DNA of 12,403 bases from Octopus sinensis. Taxonomy: Eukaryota. The stretch's first letter is position 1. Every line of letters begins with the position of its first letter. The position numbers were made by a program, and so were the translations under genes. Positions 8,345 through 12,403 of this stretch are shown in pieces. The stretch spans positions 1 to 12,403 of the forward strand of contig NW_021826614.1 in NCBI RefSeq assembly GCF_006345805.1, read 5' to 3'. Under the pieces are notes generated by a model. It ran no database searches. It was not told the DNA's origin and was given only the letters and a program-made list of their open reading frames with translations.

Positions 8345-8640
8345 GGTTAAAGCAATGAGAATTCCAGCCTATTCAATTAACAGAACAGCTTGTGTATGAA
8401 ATTAGCATGCAAGTGGCTGAGCGCACCACAGACATATGTACCTTTAACGAAGTTTTCAGTTGAGATCCAGCATGACACAGAATGTGACAAAGCCAAATCT
8501 TTGAATTACCGGTACAACTCATCTTTGCCGGCTGAGTACACTGCAGCAATGTGAAATAAACAATGCCTCACTAGGAATTGAACACGTGATCTTATAATCG
8601 CGAGCTAAATACACTGGCCACCAAGCCACATGTTTTCACA
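8345..8640 (-). mobile_element. Older tRNA-derived SINE, same family as 477-1680
   Basis: rc GTGAAAACATGTGGCTTGGTGG...GTGTTCAATTCC...GTACTCAGCCGGCAAAGATGAG...TTTGTCACATTCTGTGTCATGCTG; the CORE-like segment is partly deleted. Confidence 0.75.
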
Positions 8641-8763
8641 CACATGGCGTGCTTTTAGGTCGCAACACACCTTAAACTAATTAAACACAACCACCACTAT
8701 CACCACCACCACCAACCTCTACATACCACTCTCACACACACACCTATATTAGGATATTCTGGA

Positions 8764-8937
8764 AGGTACAGGTATGGCAGTGTGGTGAGGAGCTTGCTTA
8801 CCAACCACATGGTTCCGGGTTCATTCCCACTGTGTGGCACCTTGGACAAGTGTCTTCTACTATAGCCTTGTGTTGACCAAAGCCTTGTGAGTGGATTTGG
8901 AAGATGGAAACTGAAAGAATCCTGCCGTATAAATATA

Positions 8938-8979
<42 letters not shown>

Positions 8980-9158
8980 CATATATGTGTATATATATGT
9001 ATGTATATATATGTGTATATATATGTATATATATATGTGTGTATATATATATATATGTAATATATATAGTATTATATATATGTATGTATATATATATATG
9101 TATGTATGTATATGTATGTATATATATGTGTATATATATATATATGTATGTATATATA

Positions 9159-9206
<48 letters not shown>

Positions 9207-9270
9207 TGTGTGTGTATATAATATATATATATATATATATACATATATATATACACACACCACACATATA

Positions 9271-9320
<50 letters not shown>

Positions 9321-9583
9321 GTATGTATGTATGTATGCATATATATACATATATACACATATGTCTTTGAGCTTGTGTTTGTCCCTCACTGCCACTTCAG
9401 AACTGGTGTTGGTGTGTTTACATCCCTGTAACTTAGTGGTTCGGCAAAGAGGCCAATAGAATAAGTACAAGACTAGAAAAGGGGAGATAAATACCGAAGT
9501 TGATAAATTTAACTAAATTTCCTCAAGACAGTGCCCCAGCATGGCCACAGTCTAATGACTGAAGCAAGTAAAAGATAGAAGAT
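8764..9583 (+). mobile_element. tRNA/CORE-like SINE with an internal expanded (TA/TG)n microsatellite (~8930-9362)
   Basis: Head with GGGTTCATTCCC and CORE-like GTGGCACCTTGGACAAGTGTC. After the microsatellite: TTGTGTTTGTCCC...GTAACTTAGTGGTTCGGCAAA...CCAGCATGGCCACAGTCTAATGACTGAAGCAAGTAAAAGA. Joining the halves relies on recall of the octopus family consensus. Confidence 0.75.
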
Positions 9584-9754
9584 AATCCCTTATAAATATT
9601 CCAAGCCATCGTCCTTTGTCCCTTTTTCTCAACTGACCAATAACAACCCCCACCCCCATCCTTCCCCATCCCAAACACTTCTATGTGATAATCTTTCTTA
9701 TCCACTTAATATATGTCCTTAATCTCCCTCTCTCTCTCTTTCTGTATCATACAG

Positions 9755-9887
9755 AGCCTCCACCTATACGGAGTGGACACAGCTACTCATCGCAGGAACT
9801 GGACAGTGTGGAATTAGCCCGATGGATTATCATATGGATAGCCATAACATCTCTGGTCATCATGTTGTTCACCTATCGATATTTCAG
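9755..9887 (+). CDS. Probable internal coding exon (phase 1 to phase 2) encoding a transmembrane helix; resembles TM1 of class B/secretin-like 7TM receptors
   Basis: Polypyrimidine tract 9723-9743, ACAG| acceptor and CAG|GTAAGA donor; 133 nt. Open frame PPPIRSGHSYSSQELDSVELARWIIIWIAITSLVIMLFTYRYFR with a hydrophobic stretch followed by RYFR. A second frame is also open but lacks such features. Confidence 0.7.
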
Positions 9888-9966
9888 GTAAGACTTAAGT
9901 GTCATTGTTCACCTGTCTCTATGTCGTTAAATATACATACACACCCATTCACATATATGTAAATAC

Positions 9967-10359
9967 ATCCATATCACCATGATCACTTTGACCAACCAGT
10001 CCGTTGGGCATCCATTTGACACCGCTGGTCACAGCACGCTGTCCATTATACACACACACATATTCATACACACATATTCACATATACATACACATATACA
10101 TACACACATATTCACATATATATACATACATTTTGGCATTAGGGAGGGCATCCAGCCATAGAAACATAGCCAGATCAGACTGGGCCTGGTGCAGCCTCCT
10201 GGCTTCCCAGACCCCAGTTGAACTGTCCAACCCATGCTAGCATGGAAAGCGGACGCTAAACGATGATGATGATGATGATGATCCATATCACCATGATCAC
10301 CTTGACCGACCAGTCTGTTGGGCGTCCATTTGACACCGCTGGTCACAGCATGCTGTCCA
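9967..10359. repeat. 79-bp direct repeat pair (9967-10045 and 10281-10359) of the RTE 3' end
   Basis: ATCCATATCACCATGATCAC...CTGTCCA occurs twice with 5 mismatches, all transitions. Confidence 0.93.
10133..10282 (+). mobile_element. Monomer of the RTE-tail SINE module with (GAT)7 tail
   Basis: Reverse complement of the 134-bp array unit; palindrome CCATGCTAGCATGG just before the tail. Confidence 0.9.
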
Positions 10360-10655
10360 CTCCTCTCTGGATCGCACCTTTCTCATCTACATGATCCCAA
10401 TCGTCCTCCTGAAATCGTAACTCCACCGTCGTGGAGGCCTTCCAAGTGGTCGTTTCACTCGCGTGGGTACCACCCAACAACTGCGCGGGTCCACCAATTA
10501 TCGGTCAGTCGGGCGACATGTCCAGCCCATCTAAACTTGCTGTGTGTATATTCTACGATGACATCGCTCATGCTGGACTTCTTTCTGATGATCTCGCTAC
10601 AGATGTGTTCCCTCAACGAGATTCCAAGCATTGACCTCTCCACGGATGTTTGAGC
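10281..10655 (-). mobile_element. RTE-clade LINE 3' fragment (ORF C-terminus)
   Basis: AQTSVERSMLGISLREHI...KFRWAGHVARLTDNWWTRAVVGWYPRE*KRPLGRPPRRW, the typical RTE WAGHVAR / W.P / GRP..RW motifs. Confidence 0.9.
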
Positions 10656-10726
10656 CAACACAATCACCACCAACACAATCACTATCATCATCACCACCAC
10701 CACCTCCACCACCACCACCACCACCA

Positions 10727-10796
10727 CCGGGAATTGAACTCACGGCCTTACAATCATGAGCTGAATGCCCCTAACCACTAAGCCATGTGCCTTCAC
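10727..10796 (-). mobile_element. Isolated tRNA-like SINE head (477-family) ending in a (GGT)n tract
   Basis: rc GTGAAGGCACATGGCTTAGTGGTTAGG...GAGTTCAATTCCC with A and B boxes; matches 477-545. Confidence 0.75.
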
Positions 10797-11064
10797 TACA
10801 AACCACCGCCACTAGAAACATCAGCAACACCACCTCTGCCACTGGGCCACCACTGTTTAACACTCTGCTACGTCACACACCACTGCTGCTGCGACATCTG
10901 TTGTGAAGTGACTACAGTTCACATCTCCAGATGTAAATAGCAACACTTTTTAGACAAAAGACTGATATCTTAACAAATGTCTGTAGCTTCTTCAGAAACA
11001 AGTATTGTTGAACAGTTTTGTAACACACAGCCACACTTTCTCCCTCTCCTTCTGTCTTTTCGCT

Positions 11065-11092
11065 TCACACACACACACACAACACACACACG

Positions 11093-11135
<43 letters not shown>

Positions 11136-11262
11136 ATATATATTCATATACATACATATATTTGTGAGTGGGTGTTTGTTGCCTATGTGCATATATCATA
11201 GTATATATATATGTGTGTATGTGTGTGTATTTACTAATATACACACAGATAAATAGATGGAC

Positions 11263-11297
<35 letters not shown>

Positions 11298-11367
11298 GAT
11301 AGATGGATAGATTGATAGATAGATAGAGATAGATAGATAGATAGATAGAATAGATAGATAGACAGAC

Positions 11368-11402
<35 letters not shown>

Positions 11403-11418
11403 AGATAGATAGATAGAT

Positions 11419-11469
<51 letters not shown>

Positions 11470-11863
11470 GGATGGATAGATAGATAAATAGATAGATAGA
11501 GAGACAGATAGATAAATACATATATACATACATACATGCATGCATGCAAGCACACATACATTTCTATATTCACAGATATTTGTGTGTATAATATATATAT
11601 ATATATATATATATATGCGTTTTGATGTATGTATGCATATATAAATATTCACATGTGTATGTACACATGTACACGCAAACAACAATATACAAGTATGTAT
11701 ATGTATATACACACACACACACAACACACACACATAGATATATATATAATATATGTATGTGTATATATACTATATATTAATATATATGTATTACATTGTA
11801 TATGTATATATGTATATATATATAATATATATATATATAATATTATTGTATATATGTCTATAT

Positions 11864-11913
<50 letters not shown>

Positions 11914-12093
11914 CATACATAGAGAGATAGATAGATTATATATAACCTTAATCTCTGGAACACAAAAGAACAATTCTCATCAACTCTAATGGGCATTCAA
12001 TCTGTTGTGTATTTCCTCTACATATACACACACATATATACACACGTACGTATGTACGTATATACATAATACATATACATACTACATAATATA

Positions 12094-12150
<57 letters not shown>

Positions 12151-12154
12151 ATAA

Positions 12155-12195
<41 letters not shown>

Positions 12196-12196
12196 A

Positions 12197-12239
<43 letters not shown>

Positions 12240-12310
12240 AATTATATATATATATATATGTATATATGTATATATAATATATATCTATCTATACATATGT
12301 ATACACACAT
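11065..12310. repeat. Compound microsatellite field incl. (GATA)n at ~11247-11515 and long (TA)n/(CA)n tracts
   Basis: Direct inspection; explains the YLSI and IYIY ORFs. Confidence 0.95.
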
Positions 12311-12403
12311 GTGCATAAGCATGATCATACCAGGCTTCATACAGTCCTGTACCTCTCGCCTCTCGCCTTCAGCAAGTCTCATCACCTGATCAGCTTTTGT
12401 GTG

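Noticed and set aside
477-10796. Functional tRNA genes at A/B-box sites
   Set aside because: No complete cloverleaf; each continues into SINE body sequence.
7624-12310. Long ORFs rich in I/Y/C/V/T/H and YLSI repeats
   Set aside because: Translations of dinucleotide and (GATA)n microsatellites.
12310-12403. Possible degenerate RTE RT fragment on the minus strand (GLYEA...)
   Set aside because: Too short and too weak, and cut by the window edge.

Overview
Repeat-dense, microsatellite-rich animal genomic DNA. The tRNA-derived SINE families look like those of octopus (coleoid cephalopod); this is recognition from memory, not a database match. Nearly all ORFs in the supplied track are spurious products of (TA)n/(CA)n/(GATA)n tracts or SINE repeats. 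Supported content: (1) three SINE arrays with a 'one tRNA head + n tandem bodies' layout: 5x184 bp (minus), 4x~183 bp (plus, same family, same junction) and 8x~134 bp RTE-tail units (minus); the two 184-bp arrays are each bounded by a single TSD; (2) a decayed full-length mariner (DD34D, TIRs, TA ends, 3684-5998) with a duplicated N-terminus, interrupted by a CR1-type LINE 3' fragment and a SINE; (3) a local tandem duplication of the mariner end plus flank, one copy carrying a SINE array and the other a piggyBac-type MITE; (4) an RTE LINE fragment and several more SINEs; (5) two probable + strand exons (3128-3327 and 9755-9887) that splice in phase to MHNVTEPPP...WIIIWIAITSLVIMLFTYRYFR, resembling TM1 of a class B/secretin-like 7TM receptor. 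Most of the window is therefore probably intronic.
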